Assembly: GCA_965215335.1 (NCBI GenBank)
Contig: CBDCDA010000002.1
Coordinates: 128,001 to 192,000, forward strand
DNA: 64,000 nt
Reading direction: 5' to 3'
DNA from: an uncultured Candidatus Entotheonella sp.
GTDB taxonomy: Bacteria > Tectomicrobia > Entotheonellia > Entotheonellales > Entotheonellaceae
Shown piece by piece: positions 19,744-32,366 of the stretch. Each line of letters opens with the position of its first letter. The first letter of the stretch is position 1. Both the position numbers and the translations under genes were made by a program. The notes under the pieces were generated by a model. It ran no database searches. It was not told the DNA's origin and saw nothing but the letters and a program-made list of their open reading frames with translations.

Positions 19744-20850
19744 ATGAAAATTGCGGTCGACGGCATGGGTGGGGACTTCGCCCCTCAGGCGATAATCGAG
19801 GGCGCTGTCCTTGCCGCGCAACAGTACAACACCAGCATTACCCTGGTGGGTGACGAAGGACGGCTGGAGCGCGGGCTGGACCGCTTACAGGCTCACGCGC
19901 TGCCTATCACCATCTGTCACGCCTCGGAAGTCGTGCACATGGACGAGGCACCGGCCATGGCACTGCGCAAGAAGCAGTTTTCCTCTATCCGCGTGGCCAT
20001 GGAACTGGTGCGGAGCGGAGAAGCTCAGGCGGTTGTCAGTGCCGGTAACACCGGTGCCGCTCTGGGCGCGGCGACGATGATCCTGCGGCCTTTGCGCGGT
20101 ATCGACCGTCCGGCCATTGCGACGCTGCTGCCCACTCAAAAGGGTGCCTCAATCCTTCTCGACGTCGGCGCCAACGTGGACTGCAAGTCGACCCAGCTCT
20201 TCCAGTTCGGGATCATGGGGGACGTTTTTGCCAAGTACATCCTGGACAAGCCTTACCCCGCCGTCGGCCTGCTGGCGATCGGCGAGGAGGATACCAAGGG
20301 CAATGACGTGACCCGAGAAGCCTTTCTCATGTTGAAGCAAAGCGACCTCAATTTCATCGGCAACATCGAGGGCAAACCCTTTTTCCACGGCGTCGCCGAC
20401 GTAGTGGTGTGCGATGGGTTCATTGGCAACGTGGCTCTGAAGATGTGTGAGGGGGTTGCCGAAATGTACGGCCAGGCCCTCAAGGCGGCCTTGACGCGGA
20501 CGCCGTGGCGGCGTCTGGCGGCGGCGTTGCTGCGTCCTGCCCTGCAGGACATTCGCCGCCGTGTGGATGCTTCCGAGTATGGTGGCGCACCGCTTCTGGG
20601 TGTGAACGGCACGTGTATCATCGGACACGGCAACTCGACTCCCAAGGCCGTCAAGAATGCCATCCGCATGGCGCAGCGTTTCTTGGAAGAACGGGTCACG
20701 GAGCGTATCCAGGAAGAGATCGAACGCAACAGCGACATCCAGGACGCCAGCGGCACCCGCGGCCGCAACATCTGGCGCCACATCCGCAGTACCATGTCAT
20801 TCCGCGGTGAGCGCGAGGAAGAGGACGAGGAGATCACGTCCGAACCTTAG
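19744..20850 (+). CDS. plsX: Phosphate acyltransferase PlsX
   Basis: MKIAVDGMGGDFAP, SAGNTGA, GIDRPAIA, DVGANVD, CDGFIGNVALK, YGGAPLLGV. Confidence 0.96.
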   Translation: MKIAVDGMGGDFAPQAIIEGAVLAAQQYNTSITLVGDEGRLERGLDRLQAHALPITICHASEVVHMDEAPAMALRKKQFSSIRVAMELVRSGEAQAVVSAGNTGAALGAATMILRPLRGIDRPAIATLLPTQKGASILLDVGANVDCKSTQLFQFGIMGDVFAKYILDKPYPAVGLLAIGEEDTKGNDVTREAFLMLKQSDLNFIGNIEGKPFFHGVADVVVCDGFIGNVALKMCEGVAEMYGQALKAALTRTPWRRLAAALLRPALQDIRRRVDASEYGGAPLLGVNGTCIIGHGNSTPKAVKNAIRMAQRFLEERVTERIQEEIERNSDIQDASGTRGRNIWRHIRSTMSFRGEREEEDEEITSEP

Positions 20851-21637
20851 GAACTTGTCGCAAATTAGTTTTTCATGTTTTGAGTTTTCGTGTTCCAATT
20901 GTTCCATGAGGCGCAATCACGGACTCGAAGCCACCATTGTCGAGAAGTGCGCGGCGATCGGAGCGTTTCTTGATGAGCGTGGGCGTCGCATCTGGGCGGC
21001 CACGGAGTCGCGTGCCATCGGCCATGGAGGCGATGCCTTGGTGTCGGATGCGACAGGATTGTCGCGCCCGACCATCCGGGCGCGACGACGAGAGTCTGGA
21101 CGGTAGTGGCGCTGAGTTCGGCCGGGTGTGCCGACCGGGCATCGAGCAAGCGCCGGAGCAGTCGTTCGCGGTGGCCTCGCTTGGGCGGTGGCGGGACGAG
21201 ATGGGCAAGCGTCGCTACCCCGAGGCTCGTGAGCTATTCATCACCGCCGATGCGGGCGGTAGCAATGGGTATCGCTGCCGCGCCTGGAAGCACGGACTGC
21301 GGCAGTTTGCCGACGAGCTGCGTGTGCGCATCCACGTCAGCCACTTCCCGCCCGGTACGAGCAAATGGAACAAGATCGAGCATCGTCCATTCTGCCACGT
21401 CACGCAGAATTGGCGAGGCAGGCCGTTGCGGACCTTTGAGACCATGGTCGATAATACGCGTACCAGCGCAGGCCTTCGGCTCAGAGCCGAACTTGACGCA
21501 AGAACATCCCCGACCGCAGTGGTGGCGACGAACGCAGGGATGGACGCCCTGTCGCTCCATCGCAGCGCGTTCCACGGCGACTGGGACCATGAGTTACACC
21601 CACGATGAAGCTGGAAACCTGAATTCGATCAAAGTCC
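20851..21637 (+). mobile_element. ISAzo13-family IS remnant, internally deleted
   Basis: Flanked by TTAG (20847-20850; 21638-21641); imperfect ends GAACTTGTCGCAAATT / GGACTTTGATCGAATT (10/16). Confidence 0.7.
20906..21608 (+). pseudogene. ISAzo13 transposase pseudogene
   Basis: N-terminus DERGRRIWAATESRAIGHGG...ATGLSRPTIR in one frame; C-terminus ITADAGGSNGYR...HFPPGTSKWNKIEHR...QNWRGRPL...FHGDW in another; central part missing. Confidence 0.88.
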
Positions 21638-21691
21638 TTAGCCGCCTCGCACCGTCTTTTCTCCATGCCGTTACAAGAGGGCTGCGCTACT

Positions 21692-22603
21692 ATGACCAGG
21701 CGCATCGTCTGTGTATTCCCGGGTCAAGGTTCACAGTTCGTAGGCATGGGCAAGGATCTCTGCGAGGTCGATGCCGAGGTGCGGTCTCTGTATGAAGAGG
21801 CCAACGCGGCCTTGGGCTACGATCTGCAGCGCCTGTGCTTTGAGGGGCCGGATGACGAACTGCGGCTGACGCAGAACACCCAGCCCGCCATTCTGGTGCA
21901 CAGCGTGGCGATGTGGACCCAACTGACGAGGCAGGGACTGCAGCCCGAATTGCTGGCAGGGCACAGCCTGGGCGAATACTCGGCGCTGGTGGCCGCCGGT
22001 GTGCTGACGTTTGCCGATGCGGTGCGCACGGTGCACCAGCGGGGCTTGTTCATGCAGGAAGCCGTGCCGCCGGGCGCTGGGAGCATGGCGGCGCTCCTTG
22101 GTGTGGCGCGTCAGGACGTGGACGCGCTGTGCGCCGAATTCGGTGGGGACGGCGTTTTGCAGGTGGCGAACTACAACGACCCCGGTCAGGTCGTCATTGC
22201 CGGCGAGACGGGCTGCGTCAAAGCGGCCATGGCCGCCGTCAAGTCGCGGCGCTTGGGCCGCGCGATTCCGCTGAAGGTGAGCGCGCCGTTTCACTGTCGT
22301 ATGCTGGCGCCAGCAGCCGAGCGCCTGGCTGGCGTTCTGGCGCCTGTGGCCTGCGGGGCGTTCGTGTATCCCGTTATATCGAACGTCACGGCGGCCCCGT
22401 ACCCATCTCCCGACGCCGCAAAGGGACTTCTGATCGAGCAGGTTTGCGCGCCGGTGCGCTGGGAAGAATCGATGCGTCATGCGGTCTCGCAGGGGTGCGA
22501 CAGTCTGCTCGAAGCGGGGCCGGGCAAAGTGCTCGGCGGCATGATGGAACGTATCGCGCCGCAGGTTGAGGTGATGGCTGTGTCGGAAGCGGCGGCAGGC
22601 TGA
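21692..22603 (+). CDS. fabD: Malonyl-CoA:ACP transacylase
   Basis: FPGQGSQ, TQPA, GHSLGEY, SAPFH. Confidence 0.97.
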   Translation: MTRRIVCVFPGQGSQFVGMGKDLCEVDAEVRSLYEEANAALGYDLQRLCFEGPDDELRLTQNTQPAILVHSVAMWTQLTRQGLQPELLAGHSLGEYSALVAAGVLTFADAVRTVHQRGLFMQEAVPPGAGSMAALLGVARQDVDALCAEFGGDGVLQVANYNDPGQVVIAGETGCVKAAMAAVKSRRLGRAIPLKVSAPFHCRMLAPAAERLAGVLAPVACGAFVYPVISNVTAAPYPSPDAAKGLLIEQVCAPVRWEESMRHAVSQGCDSLLEAGPGKVLGGMMERIAPQVEVMAVSEAAAG

Positions 22604-22613
22604 GCGGGAAGCC

Positions 22614-23360
22614 ATGACGGAATTGCAGGGCAAAGCAGCCGTTGTAACGGGGGGTTCACGCGGTATCGGACGCGCTATCGCGCTGGCATTGGGCGGTGCC
22701 GGGGCGCGCGTCGCCGTTACTTGTGCGCAACAGCGCCAGGCGGCCGAGGAGGTGGCGACCACCCTGAAAGACATGGGTGGCGAGGGGCGTGTGTATCAGT
22801 TCGACGTCGCTGACTTTGAGGCCACGTCGCAGGCTTTTGGCCAGATCGGCAGCGATTTCGGTGGTCTTGACGTGTTAGTGAGCAATGCCGGCGTCACGCG
22901 TGATCAGCTCCTGGCGCGTATGAAACCGGCGGAGTGGGACGTCGTTCTACAAACCAATCTGTCGGGGACCTTCAACTGCAACCGTGCCGCGGCACGAACC
23001 ATGTTGCGCCAGCGCTCCGGGCGCATCATTAACATTACCTCGGTCGCCGGGCTGACGGGCAACCCCGGTCAAACCAATTACGCGGCTTCCAAGGCCGGCA
23101 TTGTGGGGTTTACCAAGGCGCTGGCCAAAGAGTTGGCGCCGCGTCACGTCACGGTCAACGCGGTGGCGCCGGGGTTCATTGATACCGACATGACGCAAGT
23201 GTTGCCTGACGCGCAACGGCAGGCGATGTTGCAGCAGATTCCAGCAGCGCGTTTTGGCGCCCCGGAAGACGTTGCGGCGTGCGTGCTCTTTCTTTCTTCC
23301 GAGGGTGCGCAGTATATTACCGGAGAGGTTATTCGGGTAAGCGGTGGCCTGGCCATCTGA
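22614..23360 (+). CDS. fabG: 3-oxoacyl-ACP reductase
   Basis: [31 protein letters not shown]. Confidence 0.96.
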   Translation: MTELQGKAAVVTGGSRGIGRAIALALGGAGARVAVTCAQQRQAAEEVATTLKDMGGEGRVYQFDVADFEATSQAFGQIGSDFGGLDVLVSNAGVTRDQLLARMKPAEWDVVLQTNLSGTFNCNRAAARTMLRQRSGRIINITSVAGLTGNPGQTNYAASKAGIVGFTKALAKELAPRHVTVNAVAPGFIDTDMTQVLPDAQRQAMLQQIPAARFGAPEDVAACVLFLSSEGAQYITGEVIRVSGGLAI

Positions 23361-23386
23361 TTCCATCCGTACAGGGGAGAAAACGT

Positions 23387-23632
23387 ATGAGCGTTGAGGC
23401 AAAGGTGCAGGGGATTATTGCCGAGCAGCTTGGTGTGAATGAGAAAGAGGTCACCGAGTCGGCGTCATTTATCGATGATTTGGGGGCCGATTCTCTGGAT
23501 ACGGTCGAATTGGTCATGGCCTTCGAGGAGGAATTCGACATCGAGATATCGGACGAGGATGCCGAAGAGATTACAACTGTGGCCGACGCCATCCGGTACA
23601 TCACCGAGAAGACCTCGGAAAAGATGTCCTGA
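23387..23632 (+). CDS. acpP: Acyl carrier protein
   Basis: [27 protein letters not shown]. Confidence 0.97.
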   Translation: MSVEAKVQGIIAEQLGVNEKEVTESASFIDDLGADSLDTVELVMAFEEEFDIEISDEDAEEITTVADAIRYITEKTSEKMS

Positions 23633-23705
23633 GCGTGGTGCAGCTGTCAGCCGGGTCGCCGTCGGAGCAAGCGTCGGAGAGGCTGACGTAAGGACGGCCA
23701 TCAAC

Positions 23706-24983
23706 ATGGTGAACAGCAATGAGCACAACAGGGCGCTGAGGCGCGTGGTCGTCACGGGCCTGGGCGCCGTGACCCCTCTTGGTACGGATGTCCCGACCTC
23801 CTGGCAAGCCGCGCTGCGCAGCGACAATGGCATCGGCAGGATTCAATGCTTTGATGCCAGCGAGTTCCCGTGCCGGATTGCCGGCGAGGTGAGAGAAGAT
23901 TTCCAGCCGCTTGATTACATCGACAAAAAAGAAGTGAAGCGCATGGATCGCTTCGTGCAGTTTGCCTTGGCCAGCGCGGACATGGCGGTGGCCGATGCCA
24001 GGATGCACTTTACGCCCGATGAATCACAGCGCTACGGGTGCCTGCTGGGCGTGGGGCTTGGCGGCCTGGCGACTTTCGAACGCAATCATGAAAGTCTGTT
24101 GCGGACGGGCCCGCAGCGCGTTTCTCCCTTCTTCATTCCCATGCTGATCAGCAACATGGCGGCGGGGCACGTGTGCATGCGCTACGGGCTGCGGGGTCCG
24201 AATTCATGCGTGTCCACGGCGTGCGCGGCCGGTACGCATGCCATCGGGGATTCCTTCAAAATCATTCAACGCGGCGACGCGGACGTGATGCTGAGCGGGG
24301 GCTGTGAGTCCGTTGTCACGCCACTGGGGCTCGGAGGGTTTTGTGCCATGCGTGCCCTCTCCACCCGAAACGATGAGCCCGATCGTGCCAGCCGTCCTTT
24401 TGACGAGCAGCGCGATGGCTTTGTGTTGGGTGAGGGTGCCGGCATTCTGGTGCTGGAAGAGCTGGAGCGGGCGCGGCAGCGCGGCGCGGCGATTTATGCC
24501 GAGGTCGTAGGCTATGGGATGAGTGCCGATGCTTACCACATGACGCAGCCTGACCCCGAAGCCAAGGGGGTCGCCATCTGTATGCAGCGGGCGCTCGGCG
24601 ACGCCGGACTGGAGCCGGACGATGTGGCCTATATCAATGCGCACGGTACCTCGACGCTATACAACGACAAGTATGAAACGCTGGCGATCAAGAAAGTCTT
24701 TGGCGACCACGCCTATCGTCTTGCGGTGAGCTCTACGAAATCGATGACGGGCCATTTGCTGGGTGCTGCTGGCGGCGTCGAAGGGGTTTTCACCGCGCTC
24801 GCCGTGCGGCACGGCGTGGTGCCACCGACCCGGAACTGGGAGCACCCGGACGTGGATTGCGACCTCGACTACGTTCCGAACGAGGCGCGGACGATGCCCG
24901 TGGGTGTGGCCATGTCCAACTCCCTGGGCTTTGGCGGGACAAATGCATGCGTGGTCTTCAGGCAATACACGGAGCCGATGTGA
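23706..24983 (+). CDS. fabF: Beta-ketoacyl-ACP synthase II
   Basis: RRVVVTGLG, TACAAG, NAHGTST, KSMTGHLLG; start uncertain. Confidence 0.96.
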   Translation: MVNSNEHNRALRRVVVTGLGAVTPLGTDVPTSWQAALRSDNGIGRIQCFDASEFPCRIAGEVREDFQPLDYIDKKEVKRMDRFVQFALASADMAVADARMHFTPDESQRYGCLLGVGLGGLATFERNHESLLRTGPQRVSPFFIPMLISNMAAGHVCMRYGLRGPNSCVSTACAAGTHAIGDSFKIIQRGDADVMLSGGCESVVTPLGLGGFCAMRALSTRNDEPDRASRPFDEQRDGFVLGEGAGILVLEELERARQRGAAIYAEVVGYGMSADAYHMTQPDPEAKGVAICMQRALGDAGLEPDDVAYINAHGTSTLYNDKYETLAIKKVFGDHAYRLAVSSTKSMTGHLLGAAGGVEGVFTALAVRHGVVPPTRNWEHPDVDCDLDYVPNEARTMPVGVAMSNSLGFGGTNACVVFRQYTEPM

Positions 24984-25693
24984 TTGCCGCCGAGCGTGCA
25001 GAACGTCTGGCCCTGTTTCAACGGCACCTGGGATATTGCTTTACGGTTCCTGAGCGGCTCGACCGCGCGCTGACGCATCGTTCATACACTGCCGAGACAA
25101 CCGGGAACGCAGGAGATTACGAGACCCTGGAGTTTCTGGGGGACGCTGTCTTGGGGCTGATTCTGGGGACCTACCTGTATGAACGCTACCCCTGTTGCAA
25201 AGAGGGCCAATTGTCGCAAATGCGCTCGCGCCTGGTGAGCGAGAGCAGTCTGGTCGGCTTGGCGCGTCAGCTCCATCTGGGGGACTTTCTGCTGCTCGGA
25301 CGGGGCGAAGAGAGATCTGGCGGACGCCAAAAGGATTCCTTGCTGGCCGCTGCGTTCGAGGCTGTACTCGCTGCTTTGTATCTCGACGCTGGCTTGCGGC
25401 GTACCCAGGAGGTTTTCCTGGCCTGCTTCGCTGGAGCTGTCGAGCGGCGCTTGACCTCGCCGCAGGGACAGGATTATAAAGGGCTTCTCCAGCAAAAGGC
25501 ACTCGGGGCTTTCGGCTGCGTGCCGACCTATCAGACCGTCCGTGAAGAGGGTCCCCCACATCAAAAGACATTTCACGTGCGGCTGAGCCTGACGCCCGAG
25601 TATGACTGCATCGGCGTAGGTCCGAGTAAAAAAGCCGCCGGGCAGCACGCTGCTCAGCAACTCCTCAGGCTGTTGCGTCAGCAGGATGCCTAA
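24980..25693 (+). CDS. rnc: Ribonuclease III
   Basis: ALTHRS, ETLEFLGDAVL, dsRBD DYKGLLQQ...EGPPHQKTF...G.GPSKK; GTG start overlapping the fabF stop. Confidence 0.95.
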   Translation: MIAAERAERLALFQRHLGYCFTVPERLDRALTHRSYTAETTGNAGDYETLEFLGDAVLGLILGTYLYERYPCCKEGQLSQMRSRLVSESSLVGLARQLHLGDFLLLGRGEERSGGRQKDSLLAAAFEAVLAALYLDAGLRRTQEVFLACFAGAVERRLTSPQGQDYKGLLQQKALGAFGCVPTYQTVREEGPPHQKTFHVRLSLTPEYDCIGVGPSKKAAGQHAAQQLLRLLRQQDA

Positions 25694-25781
25694 GTCCGAC
25701 CCACCCCAATTCCAAGACCGTGCTCGGTTTTCCGCATGGTTGTTCTGATGTTTTCGCGGTTTGTATTAAAAGGCGCGCTGG

Positions 25782-26726
25782 GTGGAGAAGAATGTGGCGG
25801 CGGGGAGCGGTTTTTTTCAGCGTTTGCGAAGCGGGCTGCAGAAGACCCGGCAGAGCCTCATGGGGAGTCTCGAGGTCGTTTTTAGCCGCAAGCGTCTGGA
25901 CATCGACACCCTTGAAGAATTGGAAGAGGCGCTGATTCTCGCCGACCTCGGGACGCGTACCGCCGACCGGGTCCTGCAGGAAGTCAACACCCGCGTGAAG
26001 AATAGGACGATTGAGGCGGGGGATGGACTGCGGGACGGGGTGATCGACATTTTGCGCGGCATCATGGCCGGAGCGATGCCCTCGGTAGAGGAGGCGATGA
26101 GCCGGCCGCTGCCGTGGGTGCTGATGATGGTGGGGGTGAATGGGGTCGGCAAGACCACCACCCTGGGCAAGCTCGCGCATCATTTTCATGAGCAAGGCGG
26201 CAAGTCGCTGCTGGTGGCGGCTGACACCTTTCGCGCCGCGGCGATTGAGCAGGCAGCGATCTGGGGCGAGCGTGCCGGCGTCGATGTCGTCAAGGGCCAG
26301 CCAGGCGGGGACGCCGCGGCCGTTGCCTTTGACGCGGTTCAGGCCGCTTGTGCCCGACACGTGGACCGGGTGCTGATCGACACCGCGGGGCGTCTGCACA
26401 CCAAGGCGCCGTTGATGGAAGAGCTGAAGAAAATGCAGCGCGTGCTTGGGCGCGCCCTGCCCGATGCGCCGCACGATATCTGGCTGGTTCTGGATGCCAC
26501 CACCGGGCAAAACGGTCTCGCCCAGGTTCGACAGTTCCATGAGAGTCTTGGACTCACCGGGCTGGTGCTGACCAAGCTGGATGGGACCTCGAAGGGAGGT
26601 ATTGTCATCAACGTCGCCCAGGCGTTTCACTTGCCGATTCGCTACATCGGCGTCGGCGAGGGGGTGGACGATTTGCGCCCCTTCGACGTCGCTGAATTTA
26701 CCGCCGCCCTTTTTGACAAGACATAG
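25782..26726 (+). CDS. ftsY: SRP receptor FtsY (short NG form)
   Basis: GVNGVGKTTT, DTFRAAA, DTAGRLH, DATTGQN, TKLDGTSKGG. Confidence 0.97.
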   Translation: MEKNVAAGSGFFQRLRSGLQKTRQSLMGSLEVVFSRKRLDIDTLEELEEALILADLGTRTADRVLQEVNTRVKNRTIEAGDGLRDGVIDILRGIMAGAMPSVEEAMSRPLPWVLMMVGVNGVGKTTTLGKLAHHFHEQGGKSLLVAADTFRAAAIEQAAIWGERAGVDVVKGQPGGDAAAVAFDAVQAACARHVDRVLIDTAGRLHTKAPLMEELKKMQRVLGRALPDAPHDIWLVLDATTGQNGLAQVRQFHESLGLTGLVLTKLDGTSKGGIVINVAQAFHLPIRYIGVGEGVDDLRPFDVAEFTAALFDKT

Positions 26727-26744
26727 TTGAAGAAGGATGTAGAC

Positions 26745-27861
<1,117 letters not shown>

Positions 27862-27866
27862 CCCCC

Positions 27867-29156
27867 ATGTACGAACTTTTCGTCAGTCTGCGATACCTCA
27901 AATCCCGCCGCCGTCAGGGGTTCATTTCGCTGATCACCTTGATCTCGGTGGGCGGGGTGGCCGTTGGCGTCATGGTGCTGATCGTCGTCTTGTCGGTGAT
28001 GAGCGGATTCGAGACGATCCTGAAGGAGAAACTCCTCGGCATCAATGCCCATCTGTGGGTTTTGCCGCAGCGCGTGGGCCAGCTGCAGGGCTATCGGGGT
28101 CTGGCGAGCCGGATCGAGACCCTGTCCCGCGTGACGCACGCGACGCCGTTTACCGCCCACGAGGTGATGCTCATGGTCGGCGGGCGCGTTGCCGGGACGA
28201 TCGTGCGGGGTATCGATCCCGATGAGAGGAGCCAGACGGGGGATTTTGCCCGGCTGTTTGAGGGCCGGGACTTGGCGGCGTTGCTCAACCCGCCGGCATC
28301 CGACCTGGGAGATGTTGACAACGGCGGGCCGCAAGCGGCGCGCCGGGGCATCGTGCTGGGCACGGAGTTGGCGCGCACCCTGCGCGTTGCGACCGGAGAG
28401 CAGATCATCCTCAATTCGCCGCTGGGCATTTTGCAGCCGGCGGGTATCTTGCCCAACGTGCGCGGCTTCACGGTTACCGGGACGTTTGAGACCGGCATGT
28501 ACGAATACGACGCCAGGCTCGCCCTGATTTCCCTGGACGAGGCGCAGGAGCTTTTCGATCTCGGGGAAGTCGTGCACGGCATTGAGGTCCGGGTGGACGA
28601 CATCTATCGCGTGCGCGAGGTGGCGGAGGCGGCCGAGGCGCTACTGGGGCCGGGTGTCTGGACGCGCGACTGGATGCAGATGAATCGGACGCTTTTTTCG
28701 GCGCTGCGGCAGGAGCGAGTGCTGATGTTCATCATCCTGGTGCTGATCGTCCTGGTGGCCGCCTTCAACATCATCAGCACGCTGATCATGATGGTGATGG
28801 AGAAGACGGGCGCCATTGCCATCCTGAAGGCGATGGGCGCGAGCAACCGGGGCATCTACCGCATCTTCATGATCCAGGGCTTGGTGATCGGCCTGGTGGG
28901 AATGGTTATTGGCACGATCACCGGATTGATGCTGGCCTGGAACCTGCCGGCCATTGCCGCGGTGATCGAGGGCTGGCTGGGTATTCAGTTTTTCCCCCCG
29001 GACGTTTATGTCATTGATCAACTTCCTGTAGAGATCCGACCGCTGGATGTCGTCGTGATCGTCGTGACCTCGGTCTGCGTGAGCTTCCTGGCGACCTTGT
29101 ATCCGGCCTGGAACGCCTCCCGGCTCGATCCGGTGGTAGCTTTGAGATATGAATAG
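27867..29156 (+). CDS. lolE: Lipoprotein-releasing ABC transporter permease (LolC/E/F)
   Basis: LRYLKSRRRQGFIS, VLSVMSGF, VAAFNIISTL, LYPAWNASRLDPV. Confidence 0.9.
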   Translation: MYELFVSLRYLKSRRRQGFISLITLISVGGVAVGVMVLIVVLSVMSGFETILKEKLLGINAHLWVLPQRVGQLQGYRGLASRIETLSRVTHATPFTAHEVMLMVGGRVAGTIVRGIDPDERSQTGDFARLFEGRDLAALLNPPASDLGDVDNGGPQAARRGIVLGTELARTLRVATGEQIILNSPLGILQPAGILPNVRGFTVTGTFETGMYEYDARLALISLDEAQELFDLGEVVHGIEVRVDDIYRVREVAEAAEALLGPGVWTRDWMQMNRTLFSALRQERVLMFIILVLIVLVAAFNIISTLIMMVMEKTGAIAILKAMGASNRGIYRIFMIQGLVIGLVGMVIGTITGLMLAWNLPAIAAVIEGWLGIQFFPPDVYVIDQLPVEIRPLDVVVIVVTSVCVSFLATLYPAWNASRLDPVVALRYE

Positions 29157-29164
29157 TTCATGCT

Positions 29165-29887
29165 ATGATTGAGCCGCTTGACAGATGCGACATGGACCAG
29201 GGCGATCCGGAGCCTGTGGTGATTTCGGTTGACAAGGTGTATAAACGGTATGCTCGAGCCGATACCACGGTCGAGGTTCTGCAAGGCGTGCAGATGCAGG
29301 TTGCCAGCCGGGAAATGGTGGCTATCGTAGGTCCTTCGGGTGCCGGGAAGAGCACGCTACTGCATCTGATAGGCGGCCTGGACCGCCCGACGCAGGGCCG
29401 CATCTGCTGCGCGGGGGCTGACCTGTCGCAGCTTTCGGATCGGCGATTGGCCGATTTCAGGAGCCGGCGTATTGGCTTCGTCTTTCAGTTTCACCACCTC
29501 TTGCCAGAGTTTTCGGCCTTGGAAAACGCCATGATGCCTGCCTTCATCCAGCGACGGCCCAAGCAAGAGGTAGAGCACCAGGCACGTGAACTCCTGGCCA
29601 GCGTCGGGTTGGCTGATCGACTCCATCACCGGCCCGGTGCGCTTTCCGGCGGCGAGCAGCAACGGGTCGCGGTTGCCAGGGCTCTGATCAACAATCCCGA
29701 CGTTGTGCTGGCCGACGAACCCACCGGGAATCTTGACCGTGGTACCGGTCAGACGATACAAACGCTTCTGCGTCAACTGAACCAGGAATTGGGGCAAACG
29801 TTCGTCATTGTGACGCACGACCAGAAGTTTGCTGTACACATGGACCGGGTGATATCCCTTGTCGATGGCAAAGTCAGCGCAGCCTGA
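29165..29887 (+). CDS. lolD: Lipoprotein-releasing ABC transporter ATP-binding protein
   Basis: [19 protein letters not shown] (LolD motif), [18 protein letters not shown]. Confidence 0.92.
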   Translation: MIEPLDRCDMDQGDPEPVVISVDKVYKRYARADTTVEVLQGVQMQVASREMVAIVGPSGAGKSTLLHLIGGLDRPTQGRICCAGADLSQLSDRRLADFRSRRIGFVFQFHHLLPEFSALENAMMPAFIQRRPKQEVEHQARELLASVGLADRLHHRPGALSGGEQQRVAVARALINNPDVVLADEPTGNLDRGTGQTIQTLLRQLNQELGQTFVIVTHDQKFAVHMDRVISLVDGKVSAA

Positions 29888-29899
29888 GGAGACGTAACA

Positions 29900-32338
29900 A
29901 TGTTCAAGCGATTTACAGAACGGGCCAGACGGGTCATTATCCTCGCCAGAGAAGAAGCGGAGCGCCATCACCACGAGTATCTGGGGCCCGAACACATCTT
30001 GCTGGGCATGCTGAAAGACGGGGGTGGTATTGCCATTACGGTATTGCAGAAGGCCGGCTTGAGCATTGATCACGTCCGGATGGAAATCGAGCGCCACCTG
30101 CCGCGTAATGCCAACGCGCTGATCGTCGGCGAAATCCCGTTCACCCCGAAAGCCAAGAAGGTGCTGGAGTACGGTGTGGAAGAAGCCCGCCTCATGGGCC
30201 ACAACTACATCGGAACCGAACACCTGCTCCTTGGCCTCCTCAAGGAGAAAGAGGGCATTGGCGCCAAGGTGCTGAACAATCTGGGCATTCGCCTCGTCGA
30301 AACGCGTGAGAAGATTCTCAACCTGCTGCAGGAACCCACGACGAAAACCAAGGAAAAAAGCAAGACCCCGGCATTGGATGAGTACGGCCGTGACCTTACC
30401 GAGCTTGGCCAGAACGGCAAGCTCGACCCGGTGATCGGGCGCGAGAACGAGATCGAGCGCGTGGTGCAAATCCTGAGCCGGCGGACCAAGAACAACCCGG
30501 TGCTCATCGGCGAGCCCGGTGTCGGCAAGACGGCGATTGTGGAGGGGCTGGCGCAACGTATCGTCAACCGCGAAGTTCCGCAGTTGCTGTTTGACCGCCG
30601 CGTGGTGGCTCTTGATCTCGGGGCGTTGGTGGCCGGCACGAAGTATCGCGGCCAGTTCGAAGGCCGCATGAAGGCGATCATGAAGGAGATCGTGCAGGCG
30701 GAAAACATCATCATTTTTATCGATGAGCTGCACACCTTGGTGGGCGCCGGTGCCGCTGAGGGATCCGTGGATGCCTCCAATATGCTCAAACCGGGGCTGT
30801 CGCGCGGTGAGATCCAGTGCATCGGCGCTACGACCCTCGACGAGTACCGCAAATACATTGAGAAGAATGGCGCTTTGGAGAGACGTTTTCAGCCCATTAT
30901 GGTTGATCCGCCGAGTGTCGAGGAAAGCGTCGAAATCCTACGCGGCCTGAAAGACCGGTATGAAGCTCACCACCGCCTGCGTATTCCCGATGCGTCGATC
31001 GTGCAAGCCGTCAAGCTTTCCTCCCGCTACATCACCGACCGTTTTCTTCCCGACAAGGCCATCGACGTCATGGACGAGGCCGGCGCCCGCGTGCGCCTGC
31101 GGAGCGTGACGCCGCCGCCAATGATGCGCGAACTGCAGCGGCAGATTAATGAGATCGTCAGGACGAAGAAAGAGAAGATCGAGAATCAGGAATTCGAGCG
31201 CGCCGTCGAGTTGCGGGACCAGGAAGAAGGGATGCGGCGTCAGGTGGAAGACCTGAGGACCGAGTGGGAAGAGGCGCAAGAGGCATCCGAAATACCCGTG
31301 ACGGAAGAGGACATGGCGTACGTCGTGTCCCGGATGACGGGGATCCCGCTGTCGAAGATCGAGGAAGCCGAGTCGCGCCGCCTGCTCAACATGGAAGCGG
31401 AACTCCACAATCGCGTGGTCGGCCAGGAGGAGGCGATTGCCGTGGTTACGCGGGCGATTCGTCGCTCACGGGCCGGCCTCAAGGACCCGCGCCGTCCTGT
31501 GGGAACGTTCATTTTCCTGGGGCCCACGGGGGTCGGCAAGACCGAGCTGGCGCGCGCGCTCGCCGAGTTTTTGTTTGGTCACGAGAGCTCGCTCATCCGG
31601 GTTGACATGTCGGAGTACATGGAGCGTTTCAGCGTGTCGCGCCTGACAGGAGCACCGCCAGGGTATGTGGGGTATGACGAGGGTGGACAGCTCACGGAGC
31701 AGGTGCGGCGGCGGCCATACTCGGTCGTGCTGCTCGATGAGATCGAGAAGGCGCACCCGGACGTTTATCACATGCTGCTCCAGGTCATGGACGACGGGCA
31801 CCTCACCGACAGCTACGGGCGCAAGGTGGACTTCAAGAACGTCGTCCTCATCATGACCTCGAACGTAAGCGCTCGTACGATCGAGAAAAACACGGCGATC
31901 GGCTTCCAGCGAGGTGAGGAGGATACGTTCGAGAAGATCAAAGAGAACGTCATGAACGAGCTCAAGCGCACCTTCAACCCCGAGTTTCTCAATCGCATCG
32001 ACGAATCGGTCATGTTCCACTCGTTGAACCTTGACCATATGAGGCACATCGTGGACATCCTGCTCGGCCGTCTGAACGATCAGATGGCTGAAAATGGCAT
32101 TGCGCTCGAGATCGACGACAGCGCCAAGACCTGGCTGGCGGAACAGGGATACGATCCGGCTTACGGCGCGCGGCCCCTGAAGCGCGCCATCCAGCGTCAC
32201 ATTGAAGACCCCCTGTCCGAGGAGGTGCTGCGTGGCGAGTTTGCGCAAGGCGGTGTTGTAGAGATCAAGCTGGCAGGGGAAGAATTGGTGTTCCTCTCCA
32301 AGGAGGAAGATGCGGTGGAAACCCTGTCCGATAGCTAG
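29900..32338 (+). CDS. clpC: ATP-dependent Clp protease ATP-binding subunit ClpC
   Basis: [12 protein letters not shown], two Clp-N repeats, [11 protein letters not shown]-like M domain, [11 protein letters not shown] loop, 812 aa. Confidence 0.94.
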   Translation: MFKRFTERARRVIILAREEAERHHHEYLGPEHILLGMLKDGGGIAITVLQKAGLSIDHVRMEIERHLPRNANALIVGEIPFTPKAKKVLEYGVEEARLMGHNYIGTEHLLLGLLKEKEGIGAKVLNNLGIRLVETREKILNLLQEPTTKTKEKSKTPALDEYGRDLTELGQNGKLDPVIGRENEIERVVQILSRRTKNNPVLIGEPGVGKTAIVEGLAQRIVNREVPQLLFDRRVVALDLGALVAGTKYRGQFEGRMKAIMKEIVQAENIIIFIDELHTLVGAGAAEGSVDASNMLKPGLSRGEIQCIGATTLDEYRKYIEKNGALERRFQPIMVDPPSVEESVEILRGLKDRYEAHHRLRIPDASIVQAVKLSSRYITDRFLPDKAIDVMDEAGARVRLRSVTPPPMMRELQRQINEIVRTKKEKIENQEFERAVELRDQEEGMRRQVEDLRTEWEEAQEASEIPVTEEDMAYVVSRMTGIPLSKIEEAESRRLLNMEAELHNRVVGQEEAIAVVTRAIRRSRAGLKDPRRPVGTFIFLGPTGVGKTELARALAEFLFGHESSLIRVDMSEYMERFSVSRLTGAPPGYVGYDEGGQLTEQVRRRPYSVVLLDEIEKAHPDVYHMLLQVMDDGHLTDSYGRKVDFKNVVLIMTSNVSARTIEKNTAIGFQRGEEDTFEKIKENVMNELKRTFNPEFLNRIDESVMFHSLNLDHMRHIVDILLGRLNDQMAENGIALEIDDSAKTWLAEQGYDPAYGARPLKRAIQRHIEDPLSEEVLRGEFAQGGVVEIKLAGEELVFLSKEEDAVETLSDS

Positions 32339-32366
32339 CCAGGGTTCTGGTATCCCGATGTAAGTT

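Noticed and set aside
21692..24983. Type II PKS / secondary metabolite cluster
   Set aside because: Canonical FAS II genes in housekeeping context; no chain-length factor or tailoring genes.
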